Of a stretch of 64,000 nt of DNA, positions 37,515-50,500 are shown in pieces. Below the pieces are notes generated by a model. That model ran no database searches. It saw only the letters and a list, made by a program, of their open reading frames with translations, and was not told the origin of the DNA. The stretch is from Pseudovirgaria hyperparasitica. Taxonomy: Eukaryota. Numbering within the stretch: position 1 is the first letter of the stretch; each line of letters starts with the position of its first letter. The position numbers and the translations under genes are program-made. Location of the stretch: the NCBI GenBank assembly GCA_010093815.1, contig ML996577.1. One strand, given 5' to 3'.

Positions 37515-39924
37515 TCATAGTTTCTCCATAGCAGGATAAAACTCATCATCATCCTGTTCCCCGTCTATTTGGAGTAGGTGATTCTCCTCTTCAATCGCTC
37601 TATAGTCTCGTCGCCATCTTTTCAGACCGGCATACGTGTTTCCCTTTCGTATCTCCGTAGTCTCTCCCATCGTACCGAAAGACACATGTTCAACTTTGTC
37701 GAACAGGCGCTCGAACCTTGAGTCTTCTGCTTCACTTTCTTCCACCAAAACGCCGAAACGAAGTTTCGTACGGGACAACTCTGCAGGGAATGGATCACTT
37801 CCGAGGCATGCACCAACACTGAGACGATCTAGGGTTGGGTTTCGACAGGTTACGAGGATGCGGCTAAACAGCGTGTCACTAGCGACACCGTTTCTCCACA
37901 TACTGTAGAATCCAATCAGCATGGCTGCGAGTGTAACTAAGATGACAATTGCGTAGCCTGTGTCTATTAGCACTTCTGAGCCTGAAGTTCAAAGCAACAC
38001 TCACCAATCCACAAGCTTTCCTGTTGGTAGAAGTAGACATTCTCATGCTTGGATTTTTGGCAAGAGACAGACTCGGACGTAACGACCCCCAAGTTCTCAG
38101 ATAGAAGAGATATTAACATGTCGTCATATGTGTCCACCATCGTTTTCATCAACGCGTCGACTGGATAGTTCGTCGTCACATTGATCATTTTGGTCTCTGA
38201 GATATCACTTTGGGTCAAGGGATAATTTTCGTTGACCATGATTGTACCTCTGAGGAAGACTCGGAGCAAGTAGCCGATAGCGTGGTATGTTGAGATCAGT
38301 TTGTAGGTCTTGACATCCTCGGTAGGACGAACAAACTCAGACTCGGGGCCGATCATGTACTCCTGTGTTTCTTCAGGATCCCGTGTAATAGTGGTGTTGA
38401 TGATCGGGTAGAGATAGTCATGGTTAGTGACGTTCGAGTGCTGATTCCCCTCGGCGTATGTAAGATTGACAGTGTAGTCGGTGACGTAGTGTTCGCACCT
38501 GAAGATTTTAGGTACGTGAACGGTCTTCCATTTCTTGCGGTAAGGGGAGTCGTCAGGGTATGGTTCGCTCGTATTTACAGCATAACCAATCCAGATGACA
38601 GGTTCAGCTTTGAGGACACCAAGGTCTGTAGGAACTGGGTCGAGGTAGGTCCCGTTGCTTTGCGTTCTCACATAGTCAGCTGTGTCGACATCTGACACAT
38701 ATATGTTGTTACCCTTGGGTGCAAGGAGTGACATGTTGAAAGGAGAACCCGCATCTACGAGCTTTTCATTGTCAGCATCTTCGCCGCTTGCTAGCTCGTC
38801 GCATTTATAACCGGGACCAATGAGATGGACGGTATAAGTGCAGTTCCATCCCGCTTCACAATGGGTATTCAAGGAATTATCTGGTTGTACAGGTCTTTTC
38901 AGATATATTGCGGTATTGACGAGTCGTTTCGTGTCCTTTGAAGGCTGGTCGAAGTAGTCAAACCAGCCTTCGGTCTTTTGCTTGAGATCTGTGCTATTGT
39001 AAAAGATCAAAGATCGAAAGCCTTTCTGGGAGTCGTTCCTGAAATCGTAGATGCCCTCCAGGCCGAAGTCAATGGCCGGCGCACTAGTACAAGTGGCATT
39101 GATCACACTCTGCGTAATGTCTGTAGTTAGAGAAGCAGGCGATAGCAGCGCTGCGATTGGTATTAGCCATGATGCGACTGCCATGAGAACAGCCAGCTTT
39201 GCATTGCGAATCATTTCCCACTTTATGAACATGGTCGGATCTTCTGTGGCGGCAAAGAGTCCATCAATTGCGCCCATAGTCATGGCCTTTTTCCTGAATG
39301 TCTGCCATATCCTTTGTCTGTAACTGAGAATAACGCTACCGACGAGTGTCGCTTTCGTGAAGAAGGCCAAAGCTGTGCCGTAACGCACCATCCATAACTG
39401 ATTGTCCGCAGGTTTGCCGTTCAACTTCATGTAGAAGATGTGATGGGCGATGGCGCCAAGAACACCAAGGAAGAAGAGAAGCACCATGAGGAAAGGTGTG
39501 ACCTGAGACTTGGTCAATGACGACTCTTTTGACAGTGTTGGTGTGGGGGTATTCATACCCAATGTACTTTCCAGACTGCTATCTCACGGGCTCTTCTCTC
39601 AACAAGCCTCTCTGTATCGACATCTGTTCTGAAACGTCCAAGAGAGTATAGCGATGGAGTCTGCATGCTCTTCCGCGGCTGTTTGTCATCTGCGCCCGAC
39701 GTCTCTGAGATTGTTCTGTAGTGGGCTTCACCACTCCGGCTGCTGCCAGCCGGTGGGAAGTACGAATCATGAGGTGACACGGAGCGTCCTCGGCGCGAAT
39801 GTGTACTTGGAGGCGTGCGAGCATAGTCATCGAGCTCCATGGCATGAACAGGGTCGTAAAGCTCAGGAGAAAGGTGAGGAGAGGAGTTGCGCGAACGTGC
39901 TCGCGGACGATGTGGTTCCTCCAT
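37515..39924 (-). CDS. Uncharacterised multi-pass membrane glycoprotein (a family often auto-annotated as 'formylmethionine deformylase-like')
   Basis: Three ORFs are joined by canonical introns (KVHW|VTPFLMV and LWIG|YAIV). Three N-terminal TMs (AHHIFY..LNGKP, YRQRIW), a large Cys- and N-glycan-rich loop (GPGYKC) and a C-terminal TM followed by FSRILVTCRNPTLD. No deformylase motif was recognised. Confidence 0.8.
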
Positions 39925-40125
39925 GGGTGAAGAGTGTCTGCGATACTCTCTGTCTACATTGGGCTTTCAGTAAGACCGGGCCAGGAACACCACGGGCAAG
40001 GGTATCGATACGTACCCTCAAATAAAAACTCCGTTCTGTTTCCTCAGGGTGTAGCCTGTTCTGACGGCGATCACGGACCAATCATGGGAGAACGACTCGG
40101 GGCTCTTGCGGCCACAGCATCAGCT

Positions 40126-40147
40126 CAAGCAAGCAAGCAAGCAAGCA
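40126..40147. repeat. (CAAG)n microsatellite
   Basis: About 5.5 units. Confidence 0.8.
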
Positions 40148-41241
40148 GGGAGCAAGGGCAAAGTGTATTTGAGGTCGAAACATAAGGCAGGGAGGGCGCT
40201 AAGCTTCACAGCATAAAATTCCAGGACGCGACAAGGTTGAGGCTGAGGAGCGGGCGGTGATGATCGGCAGCAACGGTGATGGACTCTGGGCGTGGGCTTG
40301 GGGGTAAACAAGCCATGCCTATCATGACTGGTATAGTGTTGTAGCTAATATAAGAAAATATAAAAGGGGGGGCCTTGGAGGCCGAATGGGCTGGCGCATC
40401 GAAGGTCTGGCCCACTGCCCACCCTGACTCTAAGGGACTGAGGGGTCTACTCATCAGCTACTGACCGCTGTCCGCTCAGCCCACGCCCATTTTGTGGACC
40501 TCTAGGCTGTTTTGCTGTTCTCCTACCCGCCCAACTCGGGGAGCCCTAAGGTAATTAGTAGCGACCCTGGGCCGGCCCTTCAACCCACCTGGCACCCTCC
40601 AGCCGCAGGCCCACAGGATAGATATCACACACAGTATGTACAGTATTAAGCGCCGTCGCGAAAAATTGCTCCTTTCAACATGACCGATAATTGTTGATAC
40701 AGGCACACTGTAGATTGTACATAACCTTACATTGCTCAGTCTCACGAACCGTTAACTTGGATGCAGTCAAACCACAAGTCTGAGGGCAGTAGAGGTCTCA
40801 CCTGTGTTCGAGAACCTGCATCAATGCACCAACGCAGCATCCATCAACCTTCCGCCTAGTCACACGTCATAACTACTACAAGGTACAGTTCGCCAATTGA
40901 ACTGTGCCACGGCTTCATCTCAGGAGCTTTGTGCAATGCTCAATGTTCCAAAGCTACAGTGAGTGCAGTGCCTACCTGTTGTGGCTGAAGAGCGTGGATT
41001 GTCACTTGGGAGGCTGGAGGCCTAGCCAGCATGCAGGATGGATGACCCGTCAAGAGACTAGTTAGTCATGTACTCAAGTGCCATGCCATTCAATGACGAG
41101 ATGTAGCATTCCTTTGAACGTTTGATTTCATGAGAATTAGACCTCTTTGTATCACAAACATAGGCCACGTCGCCTAGAGCCGCCCAAAACCGTCACAACC
41201 AGCTGAGGTACTACAATACTACCGCAATCATTCGAACACAT

Positions 41242-42473
41242 TCAGGCTATCTTGATCGTAAGCTTACCAAAATGCTGTGTCACAGTTAGCGCTGAGTCAA
41301 CGTCATACCAATCACTGGGCATCCGGGATCAACAAAGGTGGTAGTTGCGTACCTTCTGATCCCACATATACTGATATGCTTCCTTAGCCTGCTCCAGACC
41401 AAACACTTTCTCATCGACGACCGGCTTGATATTGTTGGCCTCAATCGCGGCATTCATCTCCTCAAACTGCAGTCTTGAGCCAACCAGCAGGCCCCGAATT
41501 GTCGCTACATTCGTCAATGCATCCAGGAATGTGGGTTGCTTCTCAGCCTTTCCACCACCAAGAAATCCTATGATGCTGATGGTTCCCTCCATACGAATCG
41601 CCTTGAGGGACTGCGCCATGGTAGTTGGGCCCCCAACTTCAAGGATATGATGCACACCACCGCCACCCGCAATCTTTGCAGCTTCTTCGCCCCAGTTGGG
41701 GTTCTCCTTGTAGTTGATCACGTGGTCGGCGCCGAGCTGCTTGAGAGTTTGAGTCTTTTCTGCGGACGATGTAGTAGAGATTACTCTGGCTCCTGCGGCT
41801 TTGGCGAACTGGAAACACGTGAGTCCAAAGGGCAGGCCACAGAGAAAGGGGAGCCTACCTGAAGAGCAAATATACTGACACCACCAGTGCCTTGTGTAAG
41901 AACCCAGTCACCAGCCTTCAACTGCTTACCTGTAATGCCATAGAGGGCGTTCCACGCAGTCAGACCCGCACACGGGAGAGTGGCCGCCTCCATGAAGTTG
42001 AGGTTCTGCGGAGCGGCAACAACACTTTGCTCGTTGTAGGCACCGTACTGTCGAAGAGCTCCATCGACGAGACCACCCAGGCCAGTCTTGGCCGAGATCG
42101 GATCCAGCGCACCAGCGAGATGACCCGCGTTGAACAGCGTTGTCACGTTGTCGCCAATCTTGAAGCGTGTGACCTTCTCGCCCACAGCGTCGACTACTCC
42201 AGCACCATCTGAAGCTGGGACGACACCGTCTCTCTGGCCGAAGGGGTACATTCCTTTTGGAATAATAAGATCTCTGTAGTTCAAGCTAGCGGCGTGGACT
42301 GGCCGCAACTGTCAGTGCGCATATCGTTTGCCAAATTCTACAGAACTGTACATACATTTGATGAGCACTTCATTGGGTCCGGGCTTCGGAACTTCAGCAT
42401 CCTCTGTGAATTTCAAGGAGTCGAAACCATCTTTACCCTCAACGGTCCATTGCTGTTGGGTTGAAGGTGCCAT
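41242..42473 (-). CDS. Medium-chain dehydrogenase/reductase (zinc-type ADH-like, quinone-reductase-like subgroup)
   Basis: Contains AASLNYRDL, VPASDGAGVV, AATLPCAGLTAWNAL, TQGTGGVSIFALQ/FAK, HILEVGG and HFGKLTIKIA*. Three introns. Confidence 0.92.
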
Positions 42474-44194
42474 TTCAAACTGCCGTCTTTACTATTAGGC
42501 AATAGCTATACAAAGGTATAGTAGTGTGTACTCTGCTCTTAAGCTTTGTGATACTTTAATACTTGATGCCAGCGGCTGCCATCGAATGACCGGTACCATT
42601 TATATGTTTTCACCATGACGCCATGAAGCCCCCAGACTGAGAAACCCGAGCTTGATCCGATGACAGGGTACCTAGTACCTACTAACAGCTAGGTCTTTGC
42701 CGAGTACATTTGTAAGCCTCAAGGAACCTCCTAGAGATAGCCGAGTATGTAGGTAGTTTCATAGATGCATAGAGATCACCATCGTCTTGATACGATACCG
42801 ATGTCATGTCGAGTCTCAAGGATTTTGACAGCAGTAATCTTGGTGACTGCTATAGTAGGAGGAATACGAAGCAAGCAACACTTTCACGTACAATCCTCCA
42901 CAGCGCAACAACCAATACTGCTTACGAATGTAGGCACTGTATCAAGTTACGTATCGCTGCACAGCCACAGGTAGTCTCAGCTTCTCCAGCCAGAGTCTGT
43001 GGGGCATCGCGCGTGTGGAAATGCGGAGGTGTGCAACTGCGCGAATGTAAGATGCCTGACGCCACGCTGCTGGTTGTTGATTCGCTCGCGTCGGGGCACT
43101 GCGGTATTGCGTAGACTTGCATATGATGACGACTAAGAGCCCAAGTAGTTAGGCTCGCAAGAACCTACATCCAAATCCTGAATTGGTGGCAATGCTGGCA
43201 CTGATGGCACTGCGGGCGATGATGATGATGATGAGGATGATGATGGGCGAAAGATAGTGGGCACAAGTTTCAAGATCCTGCCTATGGACGGTTTGAGGGC
43301 AGGGAAAGTTACGTGCGAAACCTGGCACAGCAGCGGACATTCCACGTCGACAGATGCCCTGACGTATTGTGTGGTGTGTTATACTGTCAACTAATACTAG
43401 AACAGGCTAGGTATCTGGCTAAGTCCCAAGGTTCGTCACCGATAGTGGAGGCCCGAAGGTCTATACTGGAATTCGTATAGGTATGTTGGTAGGGTCCTTT
43501 TGACGTGTTTCTACTACGCTGCCATCCCTTTAATTTGGTCTGTCGCCAACGAACTCTCGATATTTCAAGAAATCGTGTTGAGTCTATCGTCTCCGATCAA
43601 GCCTCTAAAGCTTTCTAGGCGCTCTGCTTGGCCACGCCTTGATTGATTCTTTGCCGTTGCCACAAACCCCTGGGGCTGTGCAATTTGTGGAGATCCCGCT
43701 GTGGCGCATCCATTCATCACCATTTGTACGGGCATCAATCTTTTGATACAAAACAGCCGCGCCTGCACTGCTGCTTTACCATTCACCACTTCCTTGGGCC
43801 TTTCCCTTCGGCTTTCTCTTTGCGCGAAACACTTCAATTCTCAACTTGTGCTGCAGCTGCAATTATTGCTCCTGCAAACGACCAAACAAAGGTGATTCGG
43901 ATCGGTGATCAGCATTTCATAGCGCGCGCCGCATTCCAGTACCAGTAATTACCAGCACCAACCAGTACCAGCACGGCCCTCCCAATCACCTGTTGACCTA
44001 CACCTCTTTTCCTCCATCGGCCCTCATCGCAAAATTCCATTTCTCCACGACCATCAGTCATCACCGCGGCATCGCAACAACGCAAAAGCGTTTGCGACAA
44101 AGAAGCGGATCCAGGTACAAGATCGTGTTCCGACATCAACCCTGACCTATTCTCCGGAGGCTGTGTTCGCTTAGTGTGTTTCCACGTCGTCGCC

Positions 44195-46170
44195 ATGCGT
44201 AAGATGCCTTTCCCCACCTCACCCTTGAATAACCCTGTCTCCTTTAGCATTCTTCTGATCACACATCAATGACCATCTCGGCTGACCATGTTACGTTTAG
44301 ATCGCGTCAAGTCGAAAGCTAGACATTATGCTCGTAGCGATTCGGGCTCCAGTGGTGGCTTTAGTCTCTTTAGAACCACTTCAAAGGGTTCAAGAAGGTC
44401 ATTGTCCTCCTCTCAAGATATCGAATCTGGTCTACAAGTCCCCCATAACAATGCTTCACAAACAAACTTGAGCGACATTCAGGAAAGAGCAAGCCAAGGA
44501 AGAATTTCGCAAGATGGTGAACGGACGCAGCCCACCTCATCAACCACCGAGCATACTACTAACGGCTTTTCTGAGAAGACAAGTCAGGGTTCGGGAAACA
44601 GTACTGAACCTACGAATGGAAACGTGGAGAAGGGAATAGAGAGTGGGACGAGACGCCGTGGGATCCATTTGCCATTCATGAGGAAAGGGAAGGACGATTC
44701 GGAGAGTTCTGCTGTCCAGGATGATGAGGAGAAAAAGAAGACAATCAACAGAAATTGGAAGCATAACCCCGCGCCAATATGGCAACAGGTCAAGTTCATC
44801 CTGTTGGAAAACTGGCTGAACGTGTTACTGGTCGCTTGTCCTGTTGGTATCGCTCTCAAGGCAGCCGACAGCAATCCGTATGCTGTCTTTGTCGTCAACT
44901 TTATCGCAATTATCCCTCTGGCTGGCTTGCTCAGTAACAGTACCGAGCAGCTGGCTCTGTACACCGGTGAAACTCTTGGTGGCTTACTGAACGCATCTTT
45001 CGGGTAAGTACATGATACAGCCAAGCCTTGCCGAGATTATTGCTAAGACATGTCAGAAATGCCGTGGAGCTTATTGTTTCCATCCAGGCCTTGGTAAAAG
45101 GCGAAATAGTTATCGTCAAGACGTCGCTCATCGGTAGTATCCTATCCAATCTGCTTCTCGTATTGGGTATGGCGTTCTTCTTTGGTGGCATCAATCGCGT
45201 CGAGCAATTCTTCAACGTCACTGTGGCGCAGACTGCTGCTAGCCTGTTGGCCCTTTCAATTGGCGCTTTGATAGTTCCGACTGTCTTTCGCGATTGGACT
45301 CCAATCGATGGAGGTACCGAGCAAGAAACCGATCTACAGAACAAAGTAGAAGCCCTTTCTCGTGGCACATCTATCATTCTTTTGATCATTTACGGATGTT
45401 ATCTTTTCTTCCAGCTTAAGTCCCACAAGAGCATGTACAATGAGAAGAGCGAGAAGGGAATCAAGCGCAATCTGCGAGGCAGGCCAACAGAAGGTGAGGC
45501 CTTGAAAGCCATCGCAAATGCTGGCGCTGGTTCAGGTGCCGTTGTTGGTGGTCACATCAACGCGGAGAGAAACTCTGCCTACGAACCGGAAGAAGAGGAC
45601 GAGGAGGAAGAGCTGCCTGAACTATCTGTATGGATGGCGGTTCTGTTCCTATCCATCTCGACCGCTCTCGTTGCTGTGAATTCTGAGTTCATGGTTGACG
45701 GTATCGATTTCATCACTGCACCTCCTAGCCCCGTCAGTAAGACATTTGTTGGTTTGATCCTCATTCCCATCGTTGGTAATGCTGCTGAGCATGCCACTGC
45801 TGTCACTGTCGCCATTAAGGACAAGATGGATCTTGCTATTGGAGTTGCTGTCGGCTCCTCTATGCAAATTGCTCTTCTGGTACTTCCTCTCATCGATGTT
45901 ATTGGTTGGATCACTCAGTCCAAAGACTGCATGGGCAATGAGATGTCCCTCAGCTTTGATGGTTTCGTAAGTGCTTGGAATTTATATTGTAAAACTTGTG
46001 CTAACCATTCAAAGCAACTTGCTCTCATCTTCGTTGCTGTTCTCCTCGTCAACTACTTGATACAAGATGGAAAGTCTCATTGGCTGGAAGGCGTCTTGCT
46101 CATGGGCATGTACATCATCATTGCAACCGCAGGGTGGTTCTACCCTACTACAGACGACTGTCAGGCGTGA
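44195..46170 (+). CDS. VCX1: Vacuolar Ca2+/H+ exchanger (CAX family) with a long N-terminal extension
   Basis: Contains GLLNASFG/NAVEL, SLIGSILSNLLLVLG, an acidic loop, GNAAEH and AVGSSMQIAL. Introns at about 45004-45056 and 45967-46014. The likely first exon is ATGC at 44195-44198, then intron 44199-44300. Confidence 0.93.
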
Positions 46171-47567
46171 TACATCACACGGCGGCAGACCACAGTCTTA
46201 CTTACTTCACTTGCCCGGCGTTGGAGGATTTCCTTGTGAAGATATCTGGACACAGATGTCTATACGATACCCAGTCTCTTCAGCCATGGCCGCGAGCCTA
46301 CCTAGCTTGGAGATCTCTGCGACAGACCTGTGATTACCACTCGGGACTCGAAACACGCTCCATATCGAACTTTGTCGAGCTCAAATGCCCATCGGAACCG
46401 TCTCGAGAAATCACGGGTTTAATACATAGTTGCGTCAGTGCATAAGCTTTCTTCCCTTTGTGATCTGTACATAGTCGATATTACTTAACTAATCTGGTTT
46501 GCTGGCGATGCTCGTTAAGATAAGAAGAAAATGAACCCTGAAAGAAATGCAACCTTTCGTACAGTAGTGATGTCTCTTATGTAAGTTGGAAATGTTTACA
46601 GCCAGAATCCAGGTCATTATAATGCAAAAGGAGCCTGAAAGGTTCGTCCCAACATCCTTATAGTTGATCACCGGTAGAGTAATCGATACTGACCATACCT
46701 GTGAAGGAGGTACCTGATGCGCTATCATGCCTTTTTCGACTATTTCCCTACTTAGCTACATCAAAATTTGTACTCAAACAAGCTACACTCGAGTGCACTC
46801 GTTTCACTCATGATCACCGCAAGCTCCTGCTCTAGCCGCTCACTCCCGCAGCAGGCATCCTGAGTTGAGTGAAACCAGATTTTTTCAGAACTACTTAAGC
46901 TCATCACTTGAGGATGATCCTCTATCTCTTCTACACCTTACCTCAGCTCACCTTACGCTTCCACGACCTTCTCTTGATTGATTCCTCTTCCTGTCTACTT
47001 CTATAAATGACTACCTGAGAATTCTCTCCTTTGTCCCACCCTCTCGCTTACCGCCGGTCTAACTTGCAACGCTTTCCGCTGAATAGATTGCTACTATCCA
47101 GGCTTCAACTAGTATCTTACTTCCAGTTTTTGTCTCTCTTGTTTTATCTTATCTTCTTTATTGCCATCGTTCCTAATTCACCCTCTGAAGCCCTGGTCCT
47201 CAGATCGTCCACTTTGTGGTCACTTCATAACGAATCTTACCCTACGCCTTTCACGCTTCTTCGGCTTGACTTGACCACGTACAGCTCTGGAGGTCACCCT
47301 TCAAGGACCACGCTTCAACAGAATCACACAGGCCCTAGCCTGACTTCGATTCTGACAAACCCATCCTAAAACCAATTCACATATCGCAGATCTGCTTTCA
47401 TTCTTTTTCCTCTTCGTCCAAACATATCTCAGCTTGTGGCAATCGCCAAACTTTACACCCATTGAGAGTGTGAGGTCTCACCAAAATCTACAACAGCACT
47501 TGAAAGTTGTCACGACGCATTCCCAGTTTACTGCCGTTCATTTCCTTCAGTAAAGGTTCGTGGCGCT

Positions 47568-50500
47568 ATGGGTGCCTCCATCGCTCCTCGCACTGATGCC
47601 CTAGTCAATTTCACCTCCGACAATCCTGTCGTCAATTCCGTTGAAGGAAATTGCTCGCTTGAAGAACTGGAATCTTCAAACTCTGCTTTCTACGATGATG
47701 AGCTCTTGCAGGGACTCCACGGTGCTGTGGAAGACGCTCAGGTCTCCAACACCGATGATGATGATGATTCGAGTGACGCAGGTCTCTCAGATACAGAGAT
47801 TAGCTGTGACGGAATCGCAGGGGCCTCTGCGAAATCAAGAGTCGACTCGGTTCATCGCTCACCAGGCCCTCCGAAAGGAAATTCACCTGAAGACCGAGAT
47901 GTGCTGATGTCTGACCCGGAGTCACCTATACACCACACTGCGCTCAATATCCAGGATCTTCCAGCTGAACGAGCTCCGGAATGTTCTGATGGGTCTCCAA
48001 AAATGGGCTATATGGCGACGTGGAATCCACATGGCCACGCGGGGGCTAACGATGACGCCGGTGGTACTAATCCAACAAACGTCACGCCTGTCATGTCTCT
48101 ATTCGGACCAAAGAAACTTCAGCAAGTCGACTTTCCAAACTCTAATATCGCTACGTCAGGCTTGTTCGAACACTCGGTCATTTCTCCTGAGCATTCAGCT
48201 GCAAGACAACAACGGAGGTTCCCTTCCCCGGATGTTGCAAACTCAGTTGCAGTTGGCGACATCAGAGATAGTACGATCCCTGATTCAAATGCAACTGCGT
48301 CTATACCAGATGCGGGTGCTCTACCAATCACATTCGATTGTGATCCTGAGTCACTCTTCTTGCACCCCAACGAAGGCTGTTCTGGCAGTCATAGTAGCGT
48401 AGTATCGTCATTGCAGGAAACCCAAACTGGATGCAGCGGTCTTCAGCGCTCCGATGATGAGCACAATATGTCGGAGGCCTTATCAGCTTGTACGCCATCA
48501 TCTCTCTCGTCAACGGCTGGACGGAAACCAAATCTTGTCCAGCAAAGGATAAAAGACGCACAGGCAAAGGCCAGGATGAATAGCTCTTCAGGCTCTGGCA
48601 TGCATAGTGCTTTCAGTGCAACCAGTAGCGGAGCTGTTGATCGTTCATTAGAGGAGTACAGGAGAGAGCATAAAGCGCTCGTCGATAAGAAGACACGACT
48701 TCAAGAGACTGCTGGTGAACTCGATGCTTTCGAATATGAAATCGAACTACAGAAAATCGAAAATCAGATTAACGATTCAGATCGCCGTCGGCAAATGAAC
48801 GAATCTTACTTGTCAACGAGCCAGTCAGCATATGAGAGCTTGGAAGACATTACTTCATGCAATAATGGTCCAGGTCGAAAGCGCCGGTTCGAGGGCGGAG
48901 AATATGATGATTTAAGCGACAATGACGATAACGACAACGACAACGGGCTTCAATCAGACAACGAACAGACGACATCAAGCGTACCCAAGCTGCCATCTAA
49001 GGCCAGGAAGACGAAAGCTGCAGCGAAGGATTTGCAGCAATCTGAAGATGTTCAGTTTGAGGAACGGCCGAAGAAGAAGAGGAAGTCTGGAAAAGGTCAA
49101 AGCAAAAGCGACTGCGGTGGTATCTCCAAGGCACCGAAGAAAGCAAGCAGAAAGACTACAGGCAAAGGAGCAGAAAAGAAGTCAAAGAACAAACAAAAAA
49201 CAATGCTGGACTTTAATAGTCTGACTACAGCAAACTTGATTCGAGATGCGCAGGGCAACAATGAAGCTGGTGCAGCTCCGACTTTCACTGCCACCACCCG
49301 TCACCAGGCATATAAGCAACTGGTTGCTTCGGTGGCTGTGGAACACTATGGCACAGCAGAAATGGACAAAACGTTTCTAGCGCGCGCTACGAAGGAGTTC
49401 ACTGGACACTCGCACGCTTGTAAGCCAGACGGCCAAGGAGGTTGGCTTATTCGAGGTATGAAAAGCAGCTTGACCAACTTCCAGGTGCTGGGATCCTCGT
49501 TCATGCGGAAGCGTGAGACTGGGAGTGATGAGCCCCGTGGAGGTATCTTGGCCGATCATATGGGACTCGGGAAGACAGTCCAAGCGTGAGCCACATTATC
49601 ACCAGTTCATCAGGAGACAGAGCTAACCTATACAGTCTCGCCGTGATTATGAATGGAAACTTCACCCGTGGTGATGGTCCCAGAACGACACTCATTGTTG
49701 CACCATCTTCACTATGCCTACAGTGGTTCAGCGAAATCCTCTTGCACTGTCAGCAGAAAGCCTACGGAAAAGTCTTGAAGTGGTTCGCCGGACACCGTCT
49801 TGACTCAAATGATGTCCCCGGAGCCATAGCTGGTTATGATATAGTCATCACCACATACACGGAGATCCTCCGCTCCTACCCCTTTGAAGAAACACCATTA
49901 TGGTGCCAAACAGCGGAGCAAAAGGATCTGTGGTGGAAAGATTGGTTTGAGAAAGAGTGAGTCTCAGCTCAATCATCCCCTTTGCTCGGGAATACTGCTC
50001 ACATTTTCTAGGAAGGGGCCTTTTCATCGCATTCGTTTCCTTCGAATTATCTTGGACGAAGCACAGGCTATCAAGACATATACGTCGAAAACATCTATCT
50101 CGTGCCGATCGTTGAGGGCTGTTCATAAATGGGCAATATCTGCTACACCAATCATGAATAAATGCACAGAACTCTATCCGTAAGTCATATCTCTTCCCTT
50201 TAGAAAGCCAGCTAATAGTCTTGTAGCTACTTCAAGTTCCTGCGTGTTCCTAACACGGGAACGTTCGAAATCTTCAAGGAGAATTACACCGGGGACCCAT
50301 CCAAACTTCGCCGCCTACATGCACAACTCAATAAATTCATGGTGCGGCGTACACATAAAGACCAACTGTTTGGCGCACCTCTTGTCCAACTTCCAACCGC
50401 TACAGAACATATCACATGGCTCAAGTTCAATCAAATCGAGAAGAGGGTCTATGACATCGTGAGTAATAGAATACAAGAACGCATCAGAGACTTTCGGCGC

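Noticed and set aside
40639..40711. TACAGT...ACTGTA mini inverted repeat resembling Tc1 ends
   Set aside because: Only 6 bp match, which is at chance level.
41230..41244. Stop-codon readthrough to a cryptic PTS1 in the MDR, ALDH or cprA genes
   Set aside because: None of these stops has the TGA-CTA readthrough context.
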